Source: Candidatus Kapaibacterium sp. (lineage in GTDB: Bacteria > Bacteroidota > Ignavibacteria > Kapaibacteriales > UBA2268). Taken from it: DNA of 64,000 nucleotides. Shown one piece after another: positions 19,283 to 28,951 of this stretch. Where the stretch lies: the NCBI GenBank assembly GCA_963665665.1, contig OY762428.1:1888001-1952000 (forward strand), given 5' to 3'. Numbering within the stretch: position 1 is the stretch's first letter; each line of letters starts with the position of its first letter. The notes below the pieces were generated by a model. It saw only the letters and a program-made list of their open reading frames with translations, was not told the DNA's origin and did no database searches. The position numbers and the translations under genes are program-made.

Positions 19283-21778
19283 CTACTTCTCCACTACTAT
19301 CGGAATACTATCCGTGATGCCGTTGTGGCGGACGAGGATGAAGTAAATGCCCGAGGGAACTGCCGAACAATTCCAGATGAATTCTGCCGAGGCTTTGTTC
19401 AGCCAATTAATTTCGATATGTTCTTTGTTTTGTACCTGTTCGCCGGATAGATCGTAAACCCCTAATATTGATTCTTCAAGGTCGAAGCTCATATCGTAGG
19501 ATATCAGGGTTTTTATCAGGTTGCGGCCCGGCAAGGGATATGGATTCCCTGCATAGAAATGATTAGTGTAGTAAAGCTTTTCGGCTTGAATTTCAACCCC
19601 AACCGGGGCGTGTTCTTCTGTCATCATGCGGTAGTAGTTGAAGGGGCGCAGGCTGTCACTTAGCCCGACGAGAGCCACATTACCCTTGCATATAACGGAA
19701 GAAAATGTCGGGCGGCCATAATCCCAAGGGGCGTCCTCCCATTTCGTCAGGTCGTTTCGGTCAGTATTTTCAAGGAAAAGCTCCTCGCCGAGAATGTAGA
19801 ACTTCCCGCTAAGTTCCATAAAGAAAATGCTGTCCAGCTCTGCGTTTTCGTAAAGATTATCAAATGTATTGCGTTTTCTGTCGTACATCAGTATTCGTGC
19901 GGGATATGTAGCTGCAAAGAACACAGAATCCTTGTTCAGTTCATATATTTGGCTGAACTCAAGCCACTCGTCAATTTTGTATATTGATTTTCTTACCCTG
20001 CCGCTGTCTGTGGCTTCTAACACTTCAAAAGCTGAAAAATAATTCTGGCTTTGCTCTTTTGTTGAGCAGAACTTCAAAAAAGAATCAAAATTATCGGCAA
20101 GAACATAATGAACATAGCATAATGAATCGGTTACAGCAATATCGCAGTTCAGCTTCACCTCCGGGTTGGTCTCCTCGAATATGTTCTCGTCAAAAATATA
20201 AGTATAATTCGTTGATAAGGGATTGTCAAGATAAGCGCAAAACAGGTATTTGCTTCCGGATTTGCATATATTAGTCATGTTTCTTTCGGCAGGATTTCCG
20301 CATTGGTTAAATGGAGTTAAAGTATGCGGATAAAATGATTGCCCGTAATTGTTTGTATAGAAAATATTTCCGCAAGGGTAGTTCATCCAGGATTTATAGC
20401 CAAGTATGAAGCCGCTTCCGTCTTTATTGAAATACTGACTGCATGGATTTGTTAAAGATTCGTATTTTAAGAACGGTACTGTATCCTCAGGATTGGTAGT
20501 TGTCATTTTGGTTGGTTGGAATGTATTGCCATAATTATAGCTTGTATTGATTTCATTAAAATTATTATCGGAATAATATTCATTTTTCCTGAATGAATAT
20601 GTGGAATCATTCCATATAAATGCAGGCATACCGGAATTGCTGGAAACAAGCTCCCAGGATTCCCCGAGATTTTCAGCTTTAAGCAATGTGTTTTCTATTC
20701 CGGCGCTTAGAACTGTTTTATTCCCGCACACGTTATTGCGTTCCCTTATTTTCTTATATATGCTTGTTTTAAAAACTAACGGGTAACCGTAATTATACAG
20801 GCTGTGGTAATGATTAATAAATTTATTGCCGGTAATTAAAAAGGTGTCGGCAGGCGTAGGCGAATACTGATATATCGCGTAATCCGAATAAAATTCGAAT
20901 GTTGTATCGTTAATATAATCATTAGCATAAAGCATCTCATCAAAAGCAAAAAAAGTATTCCTTAGAACATAATTGTGATATATGTTATAATTTTCATCGG
21001 CGCTGTTCATATAAAGCGTATCTGCGAAAAAATATGTCCAATTCTGGTAATCAGCGTCAGGCTTATATAAGTGATCTGTAATATTAAAAACCGGTTCGCC
21101 ATAAATACTAAAAATATTTCTCAAGTCGTAAGTGGCAGGGTTGGTGATTGACATTTTATCATTTAGCGTAACTACCCTGCTTTCTATAAGGTCCGGGGAA
21201 AGAACAAGAAATGAACTGTATTTATATGAAAGAGCAGCAATAATATCGTTATTACAAACGCCAATAAATGTGTTGTCGTAACGTCCCGGCAATTCCTTCG
21301 GATATGAAAACGGATCGTAACTTTCTTCAGAAAATATTAAAGTATCAGAAAATTCATTTATCAGGTTGTAATTTTTATCGAATCGGAAAATACTTTGTTG
21401 GGTTCTGATATAAACAAAATCACCCGACGCTAAAATATTAACAAAAATATTATCCTCGCCTGTTTCGAATTTGGTTTTCAACCATGTTTTCCCTTTATCA
21501 ACCGATTTGAGCAATATATCCGGGTTCAATATTCCAAACAAAGTATCGTTTGCATTAACAATTTTCCTTATTTCACCGTATTCGTGAATATATCTGTGCT
21601 TCCAAGTTTTACCCCCGTCCATCGATTCCAGCCCCGAACCGTTCGTCCCGTAAGCAATAATATAATTCCCTGCGGCTACAGTACCAAAATAATGTATTTT
21701 AAGCGGCATAAGGTTGAAGGTTTCGGCGCGTGCGCTGAATATTGCAGTTAGAAATACTAGAACAATAATTTTTTTCAT
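19283..21778 (-). CDS. Secreted BNR/beta-propeller protein with T9SS-like C-terminal domain
   Basis: Signal peptide, S.DGGKTW Asp-boxes, C-terminal NPYP.P...YDLSG...PSGIYFI. Confidence 0.8.
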   Translation of the reverse strand: MKKIIVLVFLTAIFSARAETFNLMPLKIHYFGTVAAGNYIIAYGTNGSGLESMDGGKTWKHRYIHEYGEIRKIVNANDTLFGILNPDILLKSVDKGKTWLKTKFETGEDNIFVNILASGDFVYIRTQQSIFRFDKNYNLINEFSDTLIFSEESYDPFSYPKELPGRYDNTFIGVCNNDIIAALSYKYSSFLVLSPDLIESRVVTLNDKMSITNPATYDLRNIFSIYGEPVFNITDHLYKPDADYQNWTYFFADTLYMNSADENYNIYHNYVLRNTFFAFDEMLYANDYINDTTFEFYSDYAIYQYSPTPADTFLITGNKFINHYHSLYNYGYPLVFKTSIYKKIRERNNVCGNKTVLSAGIENTLLKAENLGESWELVSSNSGMPAFIWNDSTYSFRKNEYYSDNNFNEINTSYNYGNTFQPTKMTTTNPEDTVPFLKYESLTNPCSQYFNKDGSGFILGYKSWMNYPCGNIFYTNNYGQSFYPHTLTPFNQCGNPAERNMTNICKSGSKYLFCAYLDNPLSTNYTYIFDENIFEETNPEVKLNCDIAVTDSLCYVHYVLADNFDSFLKFCSTKEQSQNYFSAFEVLEATDSGRVRKSIYKIDEWLEFSQIYELNKDSVFFAATYPARILMYDRKRNTFDNLYENAELDSIFFMELSGKFYILGEELFLENTDRNDLTKWEDAPWDYGRPTFSSVICKGNVALVGLSDSLRPFNYYRMMTEEHAPVGVEIQAEKLYYTNHFYAGNPYPLPGRNLIKTLISYDMSFDLEESILGVYDLSGEQVQNKEHIEINWLNKASAEFIWNCSAVPSGIYFILVRHNGITDSIPIVVEK

Positions 21779-21808
21779 CTTCTCACCATTTATGATTAGT
21801 CAACAATT

Positions 21809-21844
21809 AAGTTCAACCGATGGCTTAAGCCATCGGTTGAACTT
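21809..21844. repeat. Perfect 36-bp palindrome
   Basis: AAGTTCAACCGATGGCTTAAGCCATCGGTTGAACTT. Confidence 0.85.
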
Positions 21845-21850
21845 TCAATT

Positions 21851-24349
21851 CTACTTCTCCACTACTATCGGAATGCTGTCCGTGATGCCGTTGTGACGAA
21901 CGAGGATAAAGTAAATGCCCGAGGGAACTGCAGAACAGTTCCAGATGAATTCCGCCGAGGCTTTGTTCAGCCAATTTATTTCGATATGTTCTTTGTTTTG
22001 CACCTGCTCGCCGGAAAGATCGTAAATGCCCATAATTGATTCTTCAAGGTCGAAGCTCATATCGTAAGATATCCGTGTTTTTATCAGGTTGCGGCCCGGC
22101 AAGGGATATGGATTCCCTGCATAGAAATGATTAGTGTAGTAAAGCTTTTCGGCTTGAATTTCAACCCCTACCGGTGCGTGCTCTTCTGTCATCATGCGGT
22201 AGTAGTTGAAGGGGCGCAGGCTGTCACTTAGCCCGACGAGAGCCACATTGCCCTTGCAAATAACGGAAGAAAATGTCGGGCGGCCATAATCCCAGGGAGC
22301 GTCCTCCCATTTCGTCAGGTCGTTTCTGTCAGTATTTTCAAGGAAAAGCTCCTCGCCGAGAATGTAAAACTTTCCGCTAAGCTCCATAAAGAAAATGCTG
22401 TCCAGCTCTGCATTTTCGTAAAGATTATCAAATGTATTGCGTTTCCTGTCGTACATCAGTATTCGTGCGGGATATGTAGCGGCAAAGAACACAGAATCCT
22501 TGTTCAGTTCGTATATCTGGCTGAACTCAAGCCATTCGTCAATTTTGTATATTGATTTCCTTACCCTGCCGCTGTCTGTGGCTTCTAACACTTCAAAAGC
22601 TGAAAAATAATTCTGGCTTTGCTCTTTTGTGGAGCAGAACTTCAAAAAAGAATCAAAATTATCGGCAAGAACATAATGAACATAGCATAATGAATCGGTT
22701 ACAGCAATATCGCAGTTCAGCTTCACCTCCGGGTTGGTCTCCTCGAATATGTTCTCGTCAAAAATATAAGTATAATTCGTTGATAAGGGATTGTCAAGAT
22801 AGGCGCAAAACAGGTATTTGCTTCCGGATTTGCATATATTAGTCATGTTTCTTTCGGCAGGATTTCCGCAGTGGTTAAATGGCGTTAATGTGTGTGGATA
22901 AAACGATCGACCGTAATTGTTTGTATAGAAAATATTTCCGCAAGGGTAGTTCATCCAGGACTTATAGCCAAGTATAAAGCCGCTTCCGTCTTTATTGAAA
23001 TACTCACCGGATGGGTTTGTTAAGGCGTGATACGTTAATTCCGGAACAGAATCATGAATAATTGCAATTCTTTTTACTGGTTGGAATGTATTGCCGTAAT
23101 CAAAGCTTGTATTGATTTCATTAAAATTATTATCGGAATAATTTTCTTTTTTCCTGAATGAATATGTGGAATCATTCCAGATAAAAGCAGGCTTACCGGA
23201 GTTGCTGGAAACAAGCTCCCAGGATTCCCCGAGATTTTCAGCTTTTAGCAATGTGTTTTCTATTCCGGCGCTTAGAACTGTTTTATTCCCGCACACGTAA
23301 TTGCGTTCCCTTATTTTTTGATATATGCCGTTCTGAAAAACCGACGGCTGTCCGTAATTATTCAGGCTGTGGTAATGATTAATAAATTCATTTCCGATAT
23401 TAACAAATGTGTCTGCAGGCGTAGAAAAATATTGAAACAAACCAAAATCCCACTGAAATTGAAATGTTGTATCATCTATATAATCATTAGCATAAAGCAT
23501 TTTATCGAAAACATAATATGTATTTCCTAAAACATAATTATTCTTAAAATAATCCTTATCACTCCTGTTCATATAAAGCGTATCCGTGTAAAAATAAGTC
23601 CAGTTATCATAATCATCATCCGACATATATAGCTGACCGGCTATATTAAACACGTATTCTTCATTAATTTTCATTATGTCTCTTAGCCTGTATGTTGCCG
23701 GGTTAGTAATATACATTTTATCATTTAGCGTAATCACCCTGCTTTCTATAAGGTCCGGTGAAAGAACAAGGAATGAACTGTATTTATATGAAAGAGCAGC
23801 AATAATTTCGTCATTTCTTTCTCCAATAAAAGTGTTATCGTAATATTTAGGCAATTCATCAGGACTGAAAAAAGGATTTGAGCTTTCTTCCGAAATTATT
23901 AAAGTATCTATATATTCATTTATCAGGTTATAATTTTTATCGAATCGGAAAATACTTTGTTGGGTTCTGATATAAACAAAATCGCCAAAAGATAGAATAT
24001 TAACAAAAATATTATCCTCGCCTGTTTCGAATTTGGTTTTCAACCATGTTTTCCCTTTATCAACCGATTTGAGCAATATATCCGGGTTCAATATTCCAAA
24101 CAAAGTATCGTTTGCATTAACAATTTTCCTGATTTCACCATATTCGTGAATATATCTGTGCTTCCAAGTTTTACCGCCGTCTATCGACTCCAGCCCCGAT
24201 CCGTTCGTCCCGTAAGCAATAATATAATCCCCTGCGGCTACTGTACCCAAATAATGTATTTTCAGTGGCATAAGGTTGAAGGTTTGTGAACATATACTGA
24301 AAGCATTAAAGATAAAAAGAAAGATTGGCAGTAGATAATATTTTTTCAT
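21851..24349 (-). CDS. Paralogue of 19283-21778 (BNR propeller, T9SS-like CTD)
   Basis: Near-identical N- and C-terminal regions; start placed at MKKYYLL. Confidence 0.8.
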   Translation of the reverse strand: MKKYYLLPIFLFIFNAFSICSQTFNLMPLKIHYLGTVAAGDYIIAYGTNGSGLESIDGGKTWKHRYIHEYGEIRKIVNANDTLFGILNPDILLKSVDKGKTWLKTKFETGEDNIFVNILSFGDFVYIRTQQSIFRFDKNYNLINEYIDTLIISEESSNPFFSPDELPKYYDNTFIGERNDEIIAALSYKYSSFLVLSPDLIESRVITLNDKMYITNPATYRLRDIMKINEEYVFNIAGQLYMSDDDYDNWTYFYTDTLYMNRSDKDYFKNNYVLGNTYYVFDKMLYANDYIDDTTFQFQWDFGLFQYFSTPADTFVNIGNEFINHYHSLNNYGQPSVFQNGIYQKIRERNYVCGNKTVLSAGIENTLLKAENLGESWELVSSNSGKPAFIWNDSTYSFRKKENYSDNNFNEINTSFDYGNTFQPVKRIAIIHDSVPELTYHALTNPSGEYFNKDGSGFILGYKSWMNYPCGNIFYTNNYGRSFYPHTLTPFNHCGNPAERNMTNICKSGSKYLFCAYLDNPLSTNYTYIFDENIFEETNPEVKLNCDIAVTDSLCYVHYVLADNFDSFLKFCSTKEQSQNYFSAFEVLEATDSGRVRKSIYKIDEWLEFSQIYELNKDSVFFAATYPARILMYDRKRNTFDNLYENAELDSIFFMELSGKFYILGEELFLENTDRNDLTKWEDAPWDYGRPTFSSVICKGNVALVGLSDSLRPFNYYRMMTEEHAPVGVEIQAEKLYYTNHFYAGNPYPLPGRNLIKTRISYDMSFDLEESIMGIYDLSGEQVQNKEHIEINWLNKASAEFIWNCSAVPSGIYFILVRHNGITDSIPIVVEK

Positions 24350-24424
24350 TTTTTCACCTGAAATTAAGAATATGTAAATAAAATTGCGGAGGCATGGCAA
24401 GCCATACCTCCATAAATCAATAAT

Positions 24425-25063
24425 TTAATTGCAATCATCCTGGATTTGAACGCAATATAATACCCATGGTGTGGCTCCGTATATATAATTTGTATTTGGA
24501 CCATACGGTTCTTTTACGCATTCTCCATCTCCTGTAGTATAAGGATCATTTTCTACATAGTTTGTAAATGGTGTACAAGGAGTACGCGGAGAATTCCCTA
24601 TACAGTCCGGAGTACAATTACACCAACACCAATCAAAAACCCTTGTACAACGTAAATCACAACTTGAAGATCTTTTATAAGTCAAGGATGTCCCGTCCCA
24701 ATATATATCGGCGCATGAAAAGTTTGTAATTTCCACTGTTTTGGAACCCTGATCGCATGGTATTGAACCGCATAATTCTGCCTGGTTTTCTAAAACCCAT
24801 TCATCAAGAATATCCCATACAGCATCTTCATATCCGGGACAAACTCCCTGCATTTCTAATACTTCAACATACATATATGGTTGTGATGGTGGACATTCGT
24901 AACAAATTATTGCTTTTGCGTCAGGGCAGCCCGGCAACATATCCCCGATATTTGCTACCGAACAGACCTTTGGCGACAAACAAGCCGCGCATGGATCCTG
25001 TGCCTGGCTAAAACTAAACGAAAGCACTAATACTGCTATTACTAAAAATATAGTCTTTTTCAT
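24425..25063 (-). CDS. Cys-rich secreted hypothetical protein
   Basis: Signal peptide MKKTIFLV...SQA; many Cys including WCWCNC. Confidence 0.75.
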   Translation of the reverse strand: MKKTIFLVIAVLVLSFSFSQAQDPCAACLSPKVCSVANIGDMLPGCPDAKAIICYECPPSQPYMYVEVLEMQGVCPGYEDAVWDILDEWVLENQAELCGSIPCDQGSKTVEITNFSCADIYWDGTSLTYKRSSSCDLRCTRVFDWCWCNCTPDCIGNSPRTPCTPFTNYVENDPYTTGDGECVKEPYGPNTNYIYGATPWVLYCVQIQDDCN

Positions 25064-25298
25064 ATATCACTCTATTTTGTTATTTTTACATTTTTTGAAA
25101 ATTTCATTGCATTTACTGCAAAGCAATACAGCAAACGCAAGAGCGTCTGAAAAATATGGCACATTGACCTCTACAATTTTCCTTTAGACCGGAACGTAGA
25201 GTCAATCTGGGGTCGGGGTTTTCCCCGGCCTTTTTATTATTGCTGTTATGGGGATTATTTTTGTTACGGGCTTCTGTTCATCTCAACCTCCAATTATT

Positions 25299-25338
25299 TT
25301 GGCTTAATAAAAGCATTGGCTTAATAAAAGCATTGGCT
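25299..25338. repeat. 17-bp tandem duplication
   Basis: TTGGCTTAATAAAAGCA x2 + TTGGCT. Confidence 0.8.
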
Positions 25339-25486
25339 CCACTGTTTTCAATTTGAAATATGAATTTGAATAAAGTTAATTAAAAGAAAATAAAAAAGCA
25401 AGAAAAAAACAAATAATCTTAAATTTTATTTCACAAGTATTTATGTTTTTATAACTATATTACTCATTAGAACTTTATAAAAAAAA

Positions 25487-25515
25487 TCATCCGATCACTT
25501 AGAGTGATCGGGTGA
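25487..25515. repeat. REP-like palindrome
   Basis: TCATCCGATCACT-TAG-AGTGATCGGGTGA. Confidence 0.7.
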
Positions 25516-25679
25516 GTGGTATATGTACTACCGTAATATCAATTATCCGATTACTTATATCAGAATGTATTTGTACTTTCTCAAAAAAAATATGTTTATT
25601 ATAAAGTTTGATCTTGGTAATTAGATTGCAAAATGATAACTTGCCTGTTGTTTTTGATAAAATATTATTAAGGCTGACA

Positions 25680-26312
25680 ATGAAAAAAATATTATTGATA
25701 ATGTCTGTATTTCTTATAGGATTTGCCGTGCAGGCACAGGAAAAAAGCCTGATACAGACTGCCTATAACGCGATAATGAACAAGGATTACGACCTGGCAA
25801 TGAAAAATTATTCAGAAGCGATAAAGGTGAATTCAAATTACGCTCCGTCCTATTACGGGCGGGGGCTTGCATATTTCTACAAAGGAGATATTGCTAATGC
25901 CATTAAGGATTTTGAAATAGCCGTAAAATTATCGCCGGATTATTATGAAGCATGGTACAGCAAGGGAGTATGTAATATCAAGGAGGGTAATTATCAGGAA
26001 GCAGTTGCAGACCTTACAAAAGCAGCTGATCTGAATAATGAATCTGCTGATGCTTATTATTCAAGGGCCAATGCTTATCATTTTATGAACAACGATGAAA
26101 AAGCATTAGAAGACTACTCAAAAGCTATTCAGACGGATCCGGATTACGGTTTGGCTTATTATGGCAGGGCTGTTGTTCATAAGCTTGCCGAAAGAGACGA
26201 ACTTGCCCTTAGCGATTTTAATAAATACCTTGACCTGAATGGTAACGACGACGGGCTTCTTGAAGAATGCCAAAGGCTTATCAGGGAAATAAAAAATCCT
26301 GACGATTATTAA
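25680..26312 (+). CDS. Secreted TPR protein
   Basis: Signal peptide MKKILL..AQ; repeated AYY.RG...A..D...AI motifs. Confidence 0.88.
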   Translation: MKKILLIMSVFLIGFAVQAQEKSLIQTAYNAIMNKDYDLAMKNYSEAIKVNSNYAPSYYGRGLAYFYKGDIANAIKDFEIAVKLSPDYYEAWYSKGVCNIKEGNYQEAVADLTKAADLNNESADAYYSRANAYHFMNNDEKALEDYSKAIQTDPDYGLAYYGRAVVHKLAERDELALSDFNKYLDLNGNDDGLLEECQRLIREIKNPDDY

Positions 26313-26377
26313 GATTTTTTGTTATTACTCAGCATAAAGGAAGAATATGTTAACTGTTTTAAAAAAATTCCAAAGAA

Positions 26378-26467
26378 TGTCACTCTGAACGAAGTGAAGA
26401 GTCTATTCTTCGTGATTTTATCCAAAAACATGTGGATTCTTCAGTCGCAAGCTCCTTCAGAATGACA
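26378..26467. repeat. TGTCA-tagged REP-like element
   Basis: TGTCACTCTGAACGAAGTGAAGAGTCT...GGATTCTTC...TTCAGAATGACA; relatives at 45470 and 46901. Confidence 0.8.
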
Positions 26468-26671
26468 ATTTTGCAATTATTCTTTTCAAACAGAATAATA
26501 TCATCATAGCTGAATAGTAACAATTTTTTATGCAAATTGATTTAAAGAATTATCCCGGATGAATGTCCGGGATTTCTATTTCTGCTAATATTTAGCTTTC
26601 ACTAATTAATTCCCACTTAATATTCAAGTAATACGTCTTGCTGAATGAACTTATTATTATTAGGAATTGAA

Positions 26672-27385
26672 ATGCAATTTGATACAGAAGAAAAATCTTT
26701 AAAAGGGCTGCGTAAGATCAAAAAAGCGCTTATTCCAATATTGAAATCTGATAACTGGAATGAAAACCTTATTGATTTTGCAGAAAAATATGATTTTAGA
26801 ATTTCGGGCCCGTTGTTCTCGCTGATATGCGGAAATGATATTGAAATAAAAAATAAAGCTTTAAAGGGATTTTCCATACTGGGCGGTATGGATACCGACA
26901 GGGCAAGAATCCTGATCCGCCGTGCTGTATGGATGCTTACAGAGGAATCCGGCGGCCTGCCCTGGGGTGCCCCTGAAGCTATTGGAGAAATAATTGCTGC
27001 AAACAGGCAGCTTGCCATAGAATTTTCCAAACTGCTTATATCCTACGTTGATGAAATTGAGGAAGGCCCGGATAATTATATCGACCACACTCCACTGAGA
27101 ACCGGCGCTTATTATTCTTTATTGTTATTATCCGAAACCTATCCCGAACTGATGGAGGATTCGTGGAAATTATTGTACCGCTGCGTGTTCAAAGAAAATT
27201 CAGCAGCGTCGCTGGCCTTGCTTCTGCTGATTATCCAAAAGTTGAATGCAGCAGAATTGATACCGATGATTGAACAAAAAAAATTCCCCGACGCGAGAGT
27301 GGAATTACACAGATATGATCAGGTACATATTTATTCTTTAAAGATTTTAGCAGAAGAAACAATAAAAAAATTGAAAGTACAATAA
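26672..27385 (+). CDS. HEAT-repeat protein, DVU0298-like
   Basis: RR.VWML.EESGG..WGAPEAIGEI. Confidence 0.75.
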   Translation: MQFDTEEKSLKGLRKIKKALIPILKSDNWNENLIDFAEKYDFRISGPLFSLICGNDIEIKNKALKGFSILGGMDTDRARILIRRAVWMLTEESGGLPWGAPEAIGEIIAANRQLAIEFSKLLISYVDEIEEGPDNYIDHTPLRTGAYYSLLLLSETYPELMEDSWKLLYRCVFKENSAASLALLLLIIQKLNAAELIPMIEQKKFPDARVELHRYDQVHIYSLKILAEETIKKLKVQ

Positions 27386-27472
27386 TAAAAATTTGTATTT
27401 ATAATAAAATCAATTATTTTTCAGTTTGTTAATTAGTATGATATTTGAATTATTATTATAAAAGGGATTAAG

Positions 27473-27835
27473 ATGAAACCATTCCAGGCAAGTATCAGAG
27501 AAAAGGATAATTACGTTATTATGTTCTTGTCCGGTAGTTCCACTGCTGTGAACAAACAGGCTAAAGAAGTATTGAATTTGAGAAATAAATTTAAAGAGCT
27601 GGCAAAAAAATACAACAGGGTGATTGTTGATTTCAAGGAAGTGGAATATATAGCATCTGATACTATTGGCGCTATTCTTTCGGGTAATGCAATTATGAAG
27701 AAGAACGACGGCAAAGTTGTTTTGTCATCAGCTTCCGATTATGTGAAAAAAATATTTGATATCGTTCGTCTCGGGGATGTCCTTGATATATGCTCCGAAT
27801 TGGACGAAGCCGAAAAAGTGATATTCAAGGACTAA
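27473..27835 (+). CDS. STAS-domain anti-sigma factor antagonist
   Basis: VIVDFKEVEYIAS..IGAI, VKKIFDIVRL. Confidence 0.88.
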   Translation: MKPFQASIREKDNYVIMFLSGSSTAVNKQAKEVLNLRNKFKELAKKYNRVIVDFKEVEYIASDTIGAILSGNAIMKKNDGKVVLSSASDYVKKIFDIVRLGDVLDICSELDEAEKVIFKD

Positions 27836-27898
27836 TATATTTGATAAAGGCTTGTTCCTGTCAGGGTACAAGCCTTGTTTATTTTCAGGAGATGTGAT

Positions 27899-28951
27899 TT
27901 GAAGCAGATAAAATTAGTTTTTTTTTCAGACTCACATCTTGGTTTTGATTATCCCGTGCGTCCCCGAAAAGCCAAACCCCGCAGAGGCCCTGATTTCTTT
28001 AACAATTTTAATATTGTTTTGAATAGCGCCATAGATTCCGGCGCTGATATTGTAATACACGGTGGCGACTTGTTTTTTCGTACTCTCCTGCCCAAACAAA
28101 TAGTACACAAAGTTTATGAAAGCCTTAATGATTTTGCCGAAAGCGGCATTCCTATTCTTATAGTACCGGGCAATCACGAAAGTTCGAAACTTCCGGAATC
28201 CTTGTTCCTTAACCATAAAAATATTTTTGTTTTTGACAGGCTAAGGTCATTTTCATTCAATATTAATGATATAAAACTCAGGATTAGCGGATTCCCCTAT
28301 TATAAAAATAATGTCCGGGATAATTTTCCTGTCTTCATGGAAGAAGAAAAAAAAGACTGTGATAAAGCCGACTACAATATCCTGTGCTTTCACCACAGCG
28401 TTCAGGGTTCTACTTGCGGACCCGGTAATTTTACGTTCAAAAAAGGTGAAGATGTAATACAGATAAAAGACCTGCCAGAAGAATATAACCTTTTTCTTTC
28501 AGGGCACATACACCGGCATCAGGAACTTAGCTTTCGAAAAAACAACAGGCTGTATCAGGTACTCTACGCCGGCTCGATAGAAAGAACTTCATTTGCTGAG
28601 ATTGAAGAAACCAAGGGATATTATAAAATCATGTTAGAAATGACGAAAAATAATAATATTCTGATGAGAAAAGGCTTTGTGCCCTTACCGGCTCGGGAAA
28701 TGTTTTTACTTGATATTGATTATGAAGCAGATAATTCCGATGCCCTTGCCAAATACTTAGAAAACAATACAAAAAATATTAAACCGGGGTCGATTGTAAG
28801 GGTCAGATGTAATAATGATAAAGTAAAAAAGCTGATAAATGTAAATTATCTGAAAAATTTTATACCGGAAAACTGTTATTTGGAATACAGCGGTTTCGGA
28901 AAATTTAACGGGATGAAAAATGAAAAGAGAGCAGATAAGGAAAGAAGTTAA
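27899..28951 (+). CDS. SbcD/Mre11-like metallophosphoesterase nuclease
   Basis: SDSHLG, GGDLF, PGNHE, SGHIH, YAGSIERTSF.E; TTG start after AGGAG. Confidence 0.85.
   Translation: MKQIKLVFFSDSHLGFDYPVRPRKAKPRRGPDFFNNFNIVLNSAIDSGADIVIHGGDLFFRTLLPKQIVHKVYESLNDFAESGIPILIVPGNHESSKLPESLFLNHKNIFVFDRLRSFSFNINDIKLRISGFPYYKNNVRDNFPVFMEEEKKDCDKADYNILCFHHSVQGSTCGPGNFTFKKGEDVIQIKDLPEEYNLFLSGHIHRHQELSFRKNNRLYQVLYAGSIERTSFAEIEETKGYYKIMLEMTKNNNILMRKGFVPLPAREMFLLDIDYEADNSDALAKYLENNTKNIKPGSIVRVRCNNDKVKKLINVNYLKNFIPENCYLEYSGFGKFNGMKNEKRADKERS

Noticed and set aside
19283-24349. Diversity-generating retroelement target/template pair
   Set aside because: No reverse transcriptase in the window, differences do not look adenine-specific, and both copies are full genes.
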